In this document: positions 39,240 to 49,073 of the stretch, piece after piece
Layout of the letters: the number at the start of each line of letters is the position of its first letter
How positions within the stretch are numbered: the first letter of the stretch is position 1
Assembly (NCBI GenBank): GCA_963727775.1
Contig: CAVSHB010000002.1
Location: 827,377 to 891,376 of the forward strand
Direction of reading: 5' to 3'
DNA length: 64,000 bases
DNA from: an uncultured Nitrospiraceae bacterium
GTDB taxonomy: Bacteria; Nitrospirota; Thermodesulfovibrionia; Thermodesulfovibrionales; SM23-35
Notes under the pieces: model-generated
The model's database searches: none
The model's input: the letters and a program-made list of their open reading frames with translations, nothing else
Told to the model about the DNA's origin: nothing
Position numbers and translations under genes: made by a program

Positions 39240-40613
39240 TCAGTCTAATTTTAATCGTTTCCACTGTCCTTTGTGAAATCTCCACGCCATGAGTACGCCC
39301 TGGACACTCATGGAAATGACCATTGCTATCCATGCGCCTGTTGCGCCATACCCCATTATAATCGATGATAAATAGGCAAGGGGTAGTCTAATAAACCACA
39401 TCGCAATAATAATAACCCACATGGTGCCCTTTGTATCTCCGGCGCCCTGAAGTCCTCCTCCCAGAACAACACTCAATGCCATAAACGGCTCGGATAGCAT
39501 GTTAATACGGAGATATCGCGTTGTCTCCTCAAGGACGGCGGGGCTCGTTGTCAATATTGAAGCAAGACTTCTGGCCCATATGAAGATGATGAGGGCCATG
39601 CTACTCATGAGGACAACGCCTGTTAAGGCAATCTTCCATCCCAACTTTTCAGCCCTCTCGGGATTTCCCGCCCCGAGGTTCTGTCCTATGAGTACGGATG
39701 CAGCCATATTCAGGGCGAATGCAGGCAGATAGATGATGCCCTCTATTCTGAGGCCGTTTGTTATAGAAGCAAGTGCTGTGATGCTTGTGTCTCCCAGCCT
39801 GCCGAGTATGTTATAAAGGACAATGCTGCCGGCATTCCAGGCAATCTGAAGTAGGGCAGCAGGCCATCCAAGGCTGATAATCTTTTTTAAGGCGCCGGCA
39901 GCTATAGCCCATGTCCCGGTATAGAAAGTTTTCCAGCGACCGGTCAGGAAGAAGAGGAGATTTACGAGCATCCCCATGATAAGTGAAACCGCGGAAGCGA
40001 CCGCAATGCCGATGTATCCCATTTTAGGAAAAGGAAAGACTCCGAAGACAAGTATAAAATTTCCTATGATATTGATGACGCTTACCAGGAACATGGTAAG
40101 CAGCGGTTTTTTTACTTCCCCACTCGCACGGAAAATCGCATTGGAGACGATCAGTATATAGTTCGGACCCAGCGCCAATGCAAAGATTTTCAGGAACTTT
40201 TCAGAGATTTCTCTTATCGTTACCGGAAATCCGGCTAAGGAGATTATTTCTTTAGCAAAGACAATCCCGATGAACATCAAGCATATGGCTATTATGACAC
40301 TGAAGATCAAAGACTGTTTTGCAACGTCTATGGCGTCGTTGGAGTTGCCTGAGCCAACGGCTCTTGAGACTAAAGCTAATGTCCCTATGCTGATAGCATT
40401 TGCCGTAATAATTACCAGGAAATATATCTGGCTTACGAAACCAACCGCCGCCTGTACATCAGAACTAATAAGACCCGCAACATAAACATCAGCCAGCCCG
40501 ACAAAGAAGTTAAAGATCATGATGAGAAATATAGGCCAGGAAAGCTGCCAGATATTACTCCATAGACTTCCATCAGTAAGATTAAGGGGTTGATTTTTGA
40601 AGGCATTCGTCAT
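39240..40613 (-). CDS. MATE family efflux transporter
   Basis: About 12 TM; IGQNLGAG, GLQGAGDT. Confidence 0.9.
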   Translation of the reverse strand: MTNAFKNQPLNLTDGSLWSNIWQLSWPIFLIMIFNFFVGLADVYVAGLISSDVQAAVGFVSQIYFLVIITANAISIGTLALVSRAVGSGNSNDAIDVAKQSLIFSVIIAICLMFIGIVFAKEIISLAGFPVTIREISEKFLKIFALALGPNYILIVSNAIFRASGEVKKPLLTMFLVSVINIIGNFILVFGVFPFPKMGYIGIAVASAVSLIMGMLVNLLFFLTGRWKTFYTGTWAIAAGALKKIISLGWPAALLQIAWNAGSIVLYNILGRLGDTSITALASITNGLRIEGIIYLPAFALNMAASVLIGQNLGAGNPERAEKLGWKIALTGVVLMSSMALIIFIWARSLASILTTSPAVLEETTRYLRINMLSEPFMALSVVLGGGLQGAGDTKGTMWVIIIAMWFIRLPLAYLSSIIMGYGATGAWIAMVISMSVQGVLMAWRFHKGQWKRLKLD

Positions 40614-40734
40614 AACTCAGATAATTTTAGCATAAAGCCATATAAAGGCCGTCCGGTCATCTGGAAGGCATTGTATTTGTCTCTGTTTCTGTTAAAATTC
40701 TGAGTAAGCAGCTCGTTAATTGTTAAGGAGATTT

Positions 40735-41181
40735 ATGACAGATAATAGGGCCTTCATTCGATGTCATAATTGCGGAACGGTCAACAGACTGCCTGCCGAC
40801 AAATTAAACAGCGGTCCAAAATGCGGCAAGTGCAGGAGCCCATTAGAGGTTTCAAAAAGTCCGATCGATGTGACCGCTGCAAATTTCGACAGGGAGGTTT
40901 TTGCATGGCCCGGGGTTGTACTCGTGGAATTCTGGGCCCCGTGGTGCGGTCATTGCCGCGTGATGGGTCCGGTAGTTGATAGACTGGCACTTGACAAGGC
41001 GGGGCTCGTAAAGGTGGTAAAGGTAAATGTTGACGAGGAGCCTGCCTTGGGAGCGCGTTTTAGGGTTAATGCAACTCCTCTGTTTTTACTTTACAGGAAC
41101 GGGAATATGCTCAGTGATATTGCAGGGGCGGTGCCGAAAGATCAATTAGAAGCCTGGATTGAATCTTCACTTCTGGCGTGA
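40735..41181 (+). CDS. trxC: Thioredoxin 2 with N-terminal Zn finger
   Basis: CHNC..CGKC and FWAPWCGHC; AAGGAG RBS before ATG 40735. Confidence 0.85.
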   Translation: MTDNRAFIRCHNCGTVNRLPADKLNSGPKCGKCRSPLEVSKSPIDVTAANFDREVFAWPGVVLVEFWAPWCGHCRVMGPVVDRLALDKAGLVKVVKVNVDEEPALGARFRVNATPLFLLYRNGNMLSDIAGAVPKDQLEAWIESSLLA

Positions 41182-41293
41182 AGCTGAGTGATATGCGGAC
41201 GGTCTGCAGGGCGGGGGAAGTGCAGGTCTTTGCCATTTAGGATATTTATCACATTTTTGACATAATACGCTCTTGTAGGCAACTGCTCTGTAT

Positions 41294-41695
41294 TTATAAA
41301 GTCCAATCGGCAATCCTTAACTCTTCTATCAACCTGAATTCTTTTATATTGTTTGTGACCAGGGTAATCCCAAGGCTTAACGCATGGGCACCGATTAGCA
41401 TATCCATTGACCCTATGGACCTTCCTGCTTTCTCAAGTGTTGCACGGACTTCTCCGTACGATTCAGCAGCCTTTTCATTAAAGTGAACAATTTCAAGCGG
41501 AAGTGTGAATTCTGCGAGTGCCTGTCGATTCTTCTCGATATGCTGGCTTTTAGCAACGCCATACTGCAGTTCAGCAAGAGTTATGGAAGAGATGCATATA
41601 TCACCTACAGGATGAGCTGAAAAGTGTTTGAGTACTTTCAGAGGTTTTTGCTTGATGATGTAAATACAGATATTGGTATCAAGCATGAACTTCAT
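41294..41695 (-). CDS. vapC: VapC toxin (VagD/MvpA-like)
   Basis: MLDTNICIY, ITLAEL, IGSMDMLIGAHA, VTNN..EF. Confidence 0.93.
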   Translation of the reverse strand: MKFMLDTNICIYIIKQKPLKVLKHFSAHPVGDICISSITLAELQYGVAKSQHIEKNRQALAEFTLPLEIVHFNEKAAESYGEVRATLEKAGRSIGSMDMLIGAHALSLGITLVTNNIKEFRLIEELRIADWTL

Positions 41696-42969
41696 TAAAA
41701 TTGTGTGGCGGACACCCTGTAGTCTCTGCTACAGGGAGGAGCCATCCTCCTATTTGTTTTAGACTTGCTCATGGATAAAAAATATCCTATACTAAACACA
41801 TGAAACTTACGATTAAGGTTAAGCTTCTTCCAAATGCGAACCAGTATCAATCGCTCAAAAAGACCATGGCAACTTTTAATGATGCCTGCAACTATATATC
41901 GAAGGTCGCTTTTGAAAATAACAAGTTCAGCCAAGTTCCGCTCCACCATCTTGTCTATAGAGAGGTTCGTGACAAATTTCCTCTTTCTTCTCAGCTCTGT
42001 GTGCGCGCGATCGATAAAAGTATCTCAGTCCTATCGCACTGATAAGAAAGTGCTGCATAAGTTCAAGAAATACTCTGCAGTTGTTTATGACCAACGGCTT
42101 CTGTCTTTCAAGAATCTTGAGGTTGCCTCCATGCTTTCCGTGGATGGTAGACTGAAAGTCCCTATTGTCTTTTGGGGACCTTATGCTTCCCTCGATAAAA
42201 ACAGGATGAGAGGACAGGCCGACCTTACCCTTGAGAACGGCAAGTTCTTCTTGAACGTAGTTATAGAAATGCCTGACGGCACCCCGTTCACTCCAATAGG
42301 GATACTTGGTGTCGATAAGGGCATCGTTAGCATAGCCCACACTTCGGATAACGAGACATTTTCCGGTAAACAGGTCGATGCTGTCAGAGAACGCATGTCC
42401 AAGATTAGAAGGGACCTCCAGAAGTGTGGTTCTAAGTCCGCTAAGAGACATCTTAAAAAGATTGCCAAGAAAGAAGCGCGATTCAGAAAACATGTGAATC
42501 ACTGCATCAGTAAGAAGATCGTTGCTATGGCCAAAGACACGGAGAGAGCCATCGCCCTTGAAGATTTGAAGGGCATAAGCTTTCGGACACGGTTTCGTAA
42601 GGCAGATAGGCAACGGCTTGGCAGTTGGTCTTTCCTCCAGTTGGACAGTTTTATCGGATACAAAGCCAAGATAGCGGGTATTCCGGTTATCACGGTTGAT
42701 CCCCGCAGTACATCCCGGACCTGTTCCGCATGCGGCTTTATCTCTAAGTCCAACCGGAAGTCTCAATCCGTTTTTTCCTGTCTTTCCTGTGGTTTTACCG
42801 TAAACGCTGATCTTAACGCCAGCATTAATATTGCCTTAAAGGGTTCGGTAAACAAACCTATCGCAGTCCATGCTCCTACTGCTATTACTCCTTATCTTGG
42901 AACTGCAAACTCTGCCGCCCGCATCCGTTCTTTTGAACGCCCTGCGGTCTCTGCCGCCGGGTAGTTTAC
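41696..42969 (+). mobile_element. tnpB-only IS200/IS605-family element inserted between vapB and vapC
   Basis: Left hairpin CCCTGTAG-TCTCTG-CTACAGGG; related right hairpin CCCTGCGG-TCTCTG-CCGCCGGG ending GTTTAC. Excision restores a TAATG vapB/vapC overlap. Confidence 0.85.
41800..42964 (+). pseudogene. tnpB: TnpB with a +1 frameshift (real or sequencing error)
   Basis: MKLTIKVKL..FNDACN frame joins the downstream GVDKG / LEDL / NADLNA frame if one A is removed at 42016-42019. Confidence 0.85.
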
Positions 42970-43196
42970 TAAAGATCCTCTCTTTTCTGAAGCTTGGGCT
43001 GTCTTCTTTCAAGCATGAAGTCATCAGAGAATTTGTTGAGACTATTAAGCAATGATTCCCATGAACCCCGAGCGGGAATAAGCATAACCACGTTTCCCGT
43101 CTTCTTGACGAAAACATGGTCATCCTCGAACCTGAATTCCTTAGGCAAACGTACAGCCTGGCTTTGGCCATTCCAAAAAAGTTTAGCGGTTTTCAC
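42969..43196 (-). CDS. vapB: VapB antitoxin (AbrB/VagC type)
   Basis: MKTAKLFWNGQSQAVRLPKEFRF. Confidence 0.93.
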   Translation of the reverse strand: MKTAKLFWNGQSQAVRLPKEFRFEDDHVFVKKTGNVVMLIPARGSWESLLNSLNKFSDDFMLERRQPKLQKREDL

Positions 43197-43563
43197 AGCA
43201 CACCTCCAGTAGAAATATATATTAAAAGTATATATGTTAGTCCTTTATTTTGCAAGGGTTCCCAGCAGTTGCATTTTCCGATGTTACATCAGCTATCGAA
43301 ATGGGGCGATTTTTCTAAAATAGTTTGTTGATTTTTCGAAGTCGGCTAATATTTCGGCTGCCCGGCAACTTCCCGAATAGGTATAGCGATTTTCAATTAT
43401 AGCTCTCAATTTCTTTATAAAGCCACCCAACAACAGCATTGAAAGCAACTCTCCTTCCTGCACGTTACACCTTCGTAACTCGCTTCCCATATTCATTCAA
43501 AATATTGTAGATTAGAAATAATAAATAATATGGTTTTCATCTGACAAACAGCCTAAATTAGAG

Positions 43564-45171
43564 ATGGGATTGATAAAATTTTCAGAAGACTCTATTGAGA
43601 TAAGAGTAACAAATGGCCTTCAGAGGCCTACAGCAAAAACAATATACCTGCTCTTTGTAAGCATTATTCTGCTGGTATCTTTCGCCGTATATTTTAATTC
43701 ACTTTTCAATGGTTTTGTATATGACGATAACTCGCTGATATTGGAAAATAAATGGATTAGAGAAATAAGGTTTATTCCGGAAATATTTTCCACAAGCATA
43801 TGGGGATTTGATGAAGCTTATCTTTCAAATTACTATAGACCGCTTATAAGTATCATCTGGATGTTTAATTATTATATTTTTGGACTTAACCCTTTGGGCT
43901 TTCATTTGGTGAATATATTATTCCACTCAGGTGTATCTGTTCTGGTTTTTATGATAACAGTGATACTTCTCAGGAAATCCCGACTGTCGACGTCAACATT
44001 CTATCCTTTAGTTCCGTTTATCGCTGCAATGCTATTTGCTGCGCATCCTATCCATACAGAAGCAGTGACATGGGTAAGTGTAACTGACCTTCCTTTTACA
44101 TTTTTCTACCTCCTGTCCTTTTACTTTTACATCGAGGGAGAAGAATCAAAAAGCAAATACCTATTATCTGTGGTTTCATTTTTTCTGGCCACGCTGTGCA
44201 AAGAGACAGCACTAACGCTACCTATTATCCTTTTAGCTTATGACTATTTTTTTAGAAACAATAGAGACTGTATCTCAAGTCATTTAAAGAAATACATTTT
44301 CTATCTCATTGCTACCGGAGTTTATTTTGTTTTGAGATTCAATGCCCTTGGAGGCTTTGCACCCGTAAAGCAGCACACAGAGCTAACCATGTATCAAAGT
44401 ATTATCAATATTTTTCCGCTTTTTACTCAATATCTCGAAAAACTTATTTTTCCGATGAATCTCAATGCTTTTCATGTTTTTCATCCAATTACGTCCATCT
44501 TTGAGATGAAAGGAATCCTATCATTAGCTGTTACAGTAACCTTTGTCGTTCTTACCTTTATAGCTTTGAAAAAGAACAAAGTGGCTTTCTTTGGCCTTTC
44601 TCTCATAGCTATTCCGCTTTTGCCAGTCCTCTATATTCATGGAGTCGGTGATAATACATTCGCTGAGCATTATCTCTATCTCCCTTCCATAGGATTTGTA
44701 ATTCTGTTGGCATTATTTCTTTCCTGGATAAAGTTTAATTTACCAAGGGGCATGGAAAGTTTTATTGTAGTTTCTATATTATTGTTAGCCGCTTATTCCG
44801 TAGCAACTGTAAGTAGAAATAGCGATTGGCGGGATGATTACACCCTTTATACAGATATGATAAAGAAGTCTCCGGATGCCGCGACGCCACATAATAATTT
44901 AGGACATATTTTATCCGATAAAGGCTCGATAGACCATGCGATAGAGCAATATAAACTTGCCTTGGCGCTGAATCCGGATTATGTTGATGCTCACAACAAT
45001 CTCGCAAATGCTTATTATAGGAAAGGTCTGCTGGATTATGCGATTAGAGAATATCAAATTGTACTTTCCATAAGTCCGAATCACCAAGATGCTCTGCACA
45101 ATCTTTCAGTCGCGTATGCTATTAGAGAAGCCATATATTCTCAGAAAATGGCTTCTGATAAAAAAAATTAG
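43564..45171 (+). CDS. TMTC-like multi-TM protein with C-terminal TPRs (putative GT-C glycosyltransferase)
   Basis: FVYDD, YYRPL, FH.VN..FH, HPIHTEAV.W, KET, AEHYLYLPS, TPR repeats. Confidence 0.8.
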   Translation: MGLIKFSEDSIEIRVTNGLQRPTAKTIYLLFVSIILLVSFAVYFNSLFNGFVYDDNSLILENKWIREIRFIPEIFSTSIWGFDEAYLSNYYRPLISIIWMFNYYIFGLNPLGFHLVNILFHSGVSVLVFMITVILLRKSRLSTSTFYPLVPFIAAMLFAAHPIHTEAVTWVSVTDLPFTFFYLLSFYFYIEGEESKSKYLLSVVSFFLATLCKETALTLPIILLAYDYFFRNNRDCISSHLKKYIFYLIATGVYFVLRFNALGGFAPVKQHTELTMYQSIINIFPLFTQYLEKLIFPMNLNAFHVFHPITSIFEMKGILSLAVTVTFVVLTFIALKKNKVAFFGLSLIAIPLLPVLYIHGVGDNTFAEHYLYLPSIGFVILLALFLSWIKFNLPRGMESFIVVSILLLAAYSVATVSRNSDWRDDYTLYTDMIKKSPDAATPHNNLGHILSDKGSIDHAIEQYKLALALNPDYVDAHNNLANAYYRKGLLDYAIREYQIVLSISPNHQDALHNLSVAYAIREAIYSQKMASDKKN

Positions 45172-46512
45172 ACAGGGTAAACTTGATTGTGTGAACTTCA
45201 AACGAGGGGAAAAATAAGGGCGCACCTCCTATAAAATATTTTGTTACCACCAATAACAAAAATCAAAAGGAGGAGCACCCATGGAAATTAAGATTAGCGT
45301 ACCAGAAGTCGTAAGTTTAATCAAAGAATTGCAGGAGAATCCATCGAGGATATTTGAGATGGCCACGATGAATGTGCAAAAAGATGTAGGCAACTATTTG
45401 ACGAACCTGATGAAAGCAGAACTGACACACATATTGGGGCGTGAGAAGTATGAGCGTGGCAAAGGGGAGAGCAATCATCGGAATGGGAGCTATCCCCGGG
45501 ACTTCTGTATTAAAGGGATAGGGGAAGTGGGTGTAAAGGTGCCGAGAGATCGGAACGGGGAATATCAGACGCAGGTATTGCCGCGTGGCAAGCGTTACGA
45601 AAATAGGATCTCCGAGGATCTGTCGATGATGTATCTGACGGGGATAAGCACGCGGACGCTATCGATGTTAAGCAGAAGGCTTATAGGGCGAGAGATATCC
45701 CACGAAGAAGTGAGCAAGGCGAACATGGAATTGACGGGGTCTGTAGAGAAGTGGCGTAATCGTGATTTATCCAAGGAGAAAATAAAGTACATATTTGTAG
45801 ACGGCGTAATATTCAAGATGAGATTGAAATGGAGTATAGATAATGTTCCCGTCCTTGTAGCGATAGGAGTAACGGAGGATGGAACAAAGTTAGTGCTTGG
45901 TATGCAGAGTGGAGACAAGGAATCGGCGACGAACTGGCGGGAGTTTTTCAAGGATCTTAAGAGCAGAGGGCTCGATGGGGCATCGGTGCGGCTGGGGATT
46001 ATGGATGGGCTATCCGGTCTGGAGCAGGTATTTGAAGAAGAGTTCCCAAATGCAAAGGTACAGAGGTGCCAGGTGCATGTGGCCCGCAATGTGTTGGCGA
46101 AGGTACCCCGTAAATTGAAAAAGGAAGTAGCGGATGACCTGAGATCCATCTTTTATGCCTCTTCCAAGAAAAAAGCGGATGAATTCTATAAGAGCTTTTA
46201 TAAGAAATGGAACAAAGAACTCCCATCGGCTGTGAAATCATTAACTCAATCTATAGAGTCATGTTTGACCTTCTTCAAGTTCCCTCAGGAGGAATGGATA
46301 TCATTGCGGACGTCGAATATTATTGAGCGGCTGAATAAGGAATTTAAACGCCGAACAAAGTCTATGGAAATAGTAGCGGGAGAGGATGCCTGTTATAGGC
46401 TCCTCGCCTTTATATCTTTAAAGATGGAGTTGACTTGGAGATCAAATCCGATAGGAAAGGTGCGACCCAATTTGCCCCTTTATCAAATTTACACAAAATA
46501 GTTGACACTACC
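45171..46512 (+). mobile_element. Complete IS256-family element
   Basis: Imperfect TIRs GACAGGGTAAACTTGATTGTGTGAA / TTTACACAAAATAGTTGACACTACC; 8-bp TSD AAAAATTA at 45163-45170 and 46513-46520. Confidence 0.9.
45281..46501 (+). CDS. IS256-family (Mutator) transposase
   Basis: RNG, VPRDR.G, GISTR, FVDG, DGLSGL, QRCQVH, RTSNIIERLNKEFKRR. Confidence 0.95.
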   Translation: MEIKISVPEVVSLIKELQENPSRIFEMATMNVQKDVGNYLTNLMKAELTHILGREKYERGKGESNHRNGSYPRDFCIKGIGEVGVKVPRDRNGEYQTQVLPRGKRYENRISEDLSMMYLTGISTRTLSMLSRRLIGREISHEEVSKANMELTGSVEKWRNRDLSKEKIKYIFVDGVIFKMRLKWSIDNVPVLVAIGVTEDGTKLVLGMQSGDKESATNWREFFKDLKSRGLDGASVRLGIMDGLSGLEQVFEEEFPNAKVQRCQVHVARNVLAKVPRKLKKEVADDLRSIFYASSKKKADEFYKSFYKKWNKELPSAVKSLTQSIESCLTFFKFPQEEWISLRTSNIIERLNKEFKRRTKSMEIVAGEDACYRLLAFISLKMELTWRSNPIGKVRPNLPLYQIYTK

Positions 46513-46654
46513 AAAAATTACAACCACGTGAAGTAATATCTATTGTATAGCCAAATAATAGTAAACCAAGAAACCGGGGTTGTCCAGCGTCCAGTCAGGT
46601 AGAGTGTTCGTGGAGAATCTTTGATGGAAAAGGCAGAACGAGGAATCGATATCT

Positions 46655-46960
46655 TCATCGATAAGGTCGAAAGAAGTACCCAACTGCAAGGTTATCGATA
46701 TGAGAGGTCTGAATACCGGATTGGTCTATAATCTTTGAAAGGAATCTTTCCGGCAGTTGGAAGAGCACTCCCGCGCCATCTCCGGTCTTGCCGTCCGCGT
46801 CCACCGCTCCCCTGTGCGGCAGGTTCTTTACGGCCTCTATTCCCCGGCTAATTATGTCGTGACTCCGCGTCCTGTCTATATTGCACACAAAACCTACGCC
46901 ACAGGAACCTGAAGAAGGATGAACATTAGAGAAGTTTGTTTGTGAGGATTTTTTTATCAT
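46655..46960 (-). pseudogene. gltB: N-terminal fragment of glutamate synthase large subunit
   Basis: CGVGFV, HRGAVDADGKTGDGAG; only about 100 aa. Confidence 0.8.
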
Positions 46961-47075
46961 GGCGACTATAGAAAAATTATAGATGAATTCTGATAAAGAT
47001 TGAAGGTGGCCGTCAAAAAAAGGGCGCGTAGCTGATTAGTTGTAATATATCTAAAGCTATGCTAAGCTATCTATA

Positions 47076-47702
47076 ATGGATAGGTTAATGGGGATAGGAG
47101 ACGCATCCAGGATGTTGGGGATTTCAATTTCCACATTACGACGTTGGGAACGCGAAGGGAAGTTATTGCCTGAGCGTACAGTTGGAGGACAGCGACGGTA
47201 CGATATGGCGAAATTAAAACCTGAAGCATTCCGTCTTATCCCGGATGAGCGCAAGACAATAGCTTATGCCCGTGTCTGCAGTCATGATCAGAAAGATGAC
47301 TTGGAGAGACAGAAACAAGTTCTTGAAATCTATTGTGCGCAACAGGGTTGGACCTTTGAAGTAGTAACTGATTTAGGGTCCGGCATGAACTATTACAAGA
47401 AGGGGCTGAAAAAACTCCTAAATAATATTCTTGAAGGACAAATTGGACGGCTGGTCATCACTCATAAGGACAGGCTTCTCCGCTTTGGCGCTGAACTTGT
47501 ATTCGCCATCTGTGAAGCTAAGAAAGTCGAAGTGGTTATTATCAATAAGGGAGAGGATCCCACTTTTGAGGAAGACTTGGCGAAAGACGTGCTGGAGATC
47601 ATAACTGTATTCAGCGCCCGCCTCTACAGGAGCCGCAGCCACAAGAACCAGAAGTTGATTAATGGCGTAAGGAAAGCGGTGGAAGATGCTAACTGCCCAT
47701 AA
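47076..47702 (+). CDS. tnpA: IS607 TnpA (MerR-like HTH plus serine recombinase); the nucleophile motif reads YARVCS instead of YARVSS
   Basis: TLRRWEREG, YARVCSHDQKDDLERQ, DLGSG.NY, DRLLRFG. Confidence 0.92.
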   Translation: MDRLMGIGDASRMLGISISTLRRWEREGKLLPERTVGGQRRYDMAKLKPEAFRLIPDERKTIAYARVCSHDQKDDLERQKQVLEIYCAQQGWTFEVVTDLGSGMNYYKKGLKKLLNNILEGQIGRLVITHKDRLLRFGAELVFAICEAKKVEVVIINKGEDPTFEEDLAKDVLEIITVFSARLYRSRSHKNQKLINGVRKAVEDANCP

Positions 47703-48861
47703 AATAGCTCTTGACCCGAATAACATTCAGGCAACCTATTTAGCCCGTGCCGCCGGCACAGCACGATTCGCATACAACTGGGCGCTTGCTGAGTGGCAGC
47801 GGCAATATGAAGCGCACACGGCTGATGAAAGGTCACCCAAACCGTCTGAAGCCGCTCTGCGGCGCAAGCTCAACAGCATCAAGCGAGAGCAGTTCCCCTG
47901 GATGTTGGAAGTTACGAAGAACGCGCCTCAGATGGCTATTATGCAGTTGGGCACTGCATTCAGAAACTTCTTCATGAAAAGAGCGCAGTACCCACAGTTT
48001 CGGCGAAAAGGCATTCATGACCGATTTACGCTTACCAATGATCAGTTCAGCATCGAAGGCTCACGCATCCGCATACCTGGCCTTGGTTGGGTGAAGATGC
48101 GTGAGCCGTTACGTTTCGACGGCAAGATCATGAACGCTACGGTCAGTCGTAATGCCGATCGCTGGTTTGCAGCAATAGGAGTGGATATGCCCGGCGAAAC
48201 ACCGTACCCGCCGGAAGGGTCGCCCATTGCACTGGATGTGGGATTGACCACATTTGCCGCAGACAGCGGCGGCGGTAAGTTGGAAGCGCCTAAGCCCATG
48301 GCAAAAAACCTATTGAGACTGCGGAGACTTCAGCGTCGGTGTGCTCGGAAGGTGGAAGAGCAGAAGAAAAAGATGGGTCTGGGTGGTAAGGCAATACCGA
48401 AAGGTGTGCGCCTGCCCGTTTCCAGCAATCTCAAAAAGGCGCGACAGGAAGTGGCAAAGCTCCATCGCCGCATCGGAGATATTCGTAAGGATTTTCTACA
48501 CAAAACTTCGACGAAACTGGCGAAAACCAAGCCGGTGATCGTTGTGGAAGATCTGCACGTCAAGGGGATGGTCCGCAATTCCAAGCTCGCCAGGCACATT
48601 GCTGATGTATCATGGGGCGAGTTTAGACGGCAACTGGCTTACAAGTGCCGGAAGTTCCGTTCAGCTCTTGTGGTTACCCCACGTTTTCTTGCCAGCTCCA
48701 AGCTGTGTTCCTGCTGTGAACACCAATTGGAATCACTGGCGCTGTCTGTGCGAGACTGGACGTGCCCGGTGTGCGGAGCGCATCATGATCGAGATGTAAA
48801 CGCGGCGAAGAACCTACTGAATTGGTATATTAAACATGGCGACATATATTTTGCCGCATAA
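47686..48861 (+). CDS. tnpB: IS607-type TnpB with C-terminus truncated by a MITE
   Basis: ARFAYNWAL, LDVG, VEDL, SSKLCSCC, DRDVNAAKN. Confidence 0.9.
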   Translation: MLTAHKIALDPNNIQATYLARAAGTARFAYNWALAEWQRQYEAHTADERSPKPSEAALRRKLNSIKREQFPWMLEVTKNAPQMAIMQLGTAFRNFFMKRAQYPQFRRKGIHDRFTLTNDQFSIEGSRIRIPGLGWVKMREPLRFDGKIMNATVSRNADRWFAAIGVDMPGETPYPPEGSPIALDVGLTTFAADSGGGKLEAPKPMAKNLLRLRRLQRRCARKVEEQKKKMGLGGKAIPKGVRLPVSSNLKKARQEVAKLHRRIGDIRKDFLHKTSTKLAKTKPVIVVEDLHVKGMVRNSKLARHIADVSWGEFRRQLAYKCRKFRSALVVTPRFLASSKLCSCCEHQLESLALSVRDWTCPVCGAHHDRDVNAAKNLLNWYIKHGDIYFAA

Positions 48862-48920
48862 TTACAATGCAACCCTATAATTCATGCCACTTCATGCGAC
48901 AATTGTTATGACGGTATGTT
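48833..48920. mobile_element. 88-bp MITE, copy 2, inside tnpB
   Basis: TA duplication; removal restores in-frame ...NWYISTVSSTGFQACG...KQES. Confidence 0.85.
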
Positions 48921-49073
48921 TAGTACCGTGAGTTCCACGGGATTTCAAGCCTGCGGAGTGCCCTCTGATGGGTCTGTACTGTTGTTTGGTGCTGATAGTC
49001 ATGGCACGTTGAAACAGGAATCCAGCTTCAAAGCTGCCTTTGAGTAGCTTTGAGTAGGTATGGAGGAACGGAA

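Larger units (their letters stand above)
47008..49071 (+). mobile_element. IS607-family element (tnpA + tnpB), ends approximate
   Basis: Serine-recombinase tnpA overlapping tnpB; short direct repeats AAGCTAT near the left end and TTTGAGTAG twice near the right end, finishing ...GAACGG. Confidence 0.75.

Noticed and set aside
40735..41181. WCGHC active site as a novel thioredoxin
   Set aside because: A known variant of the CXXC motif; otherwise an ordinary TrxC.
33326..48861. Cas12/CRISPR system from the three RuvC proteins
   Set aside because: All are about 400 aa with IS ends; I saw no repeat-spacer array or cas genes in the window.
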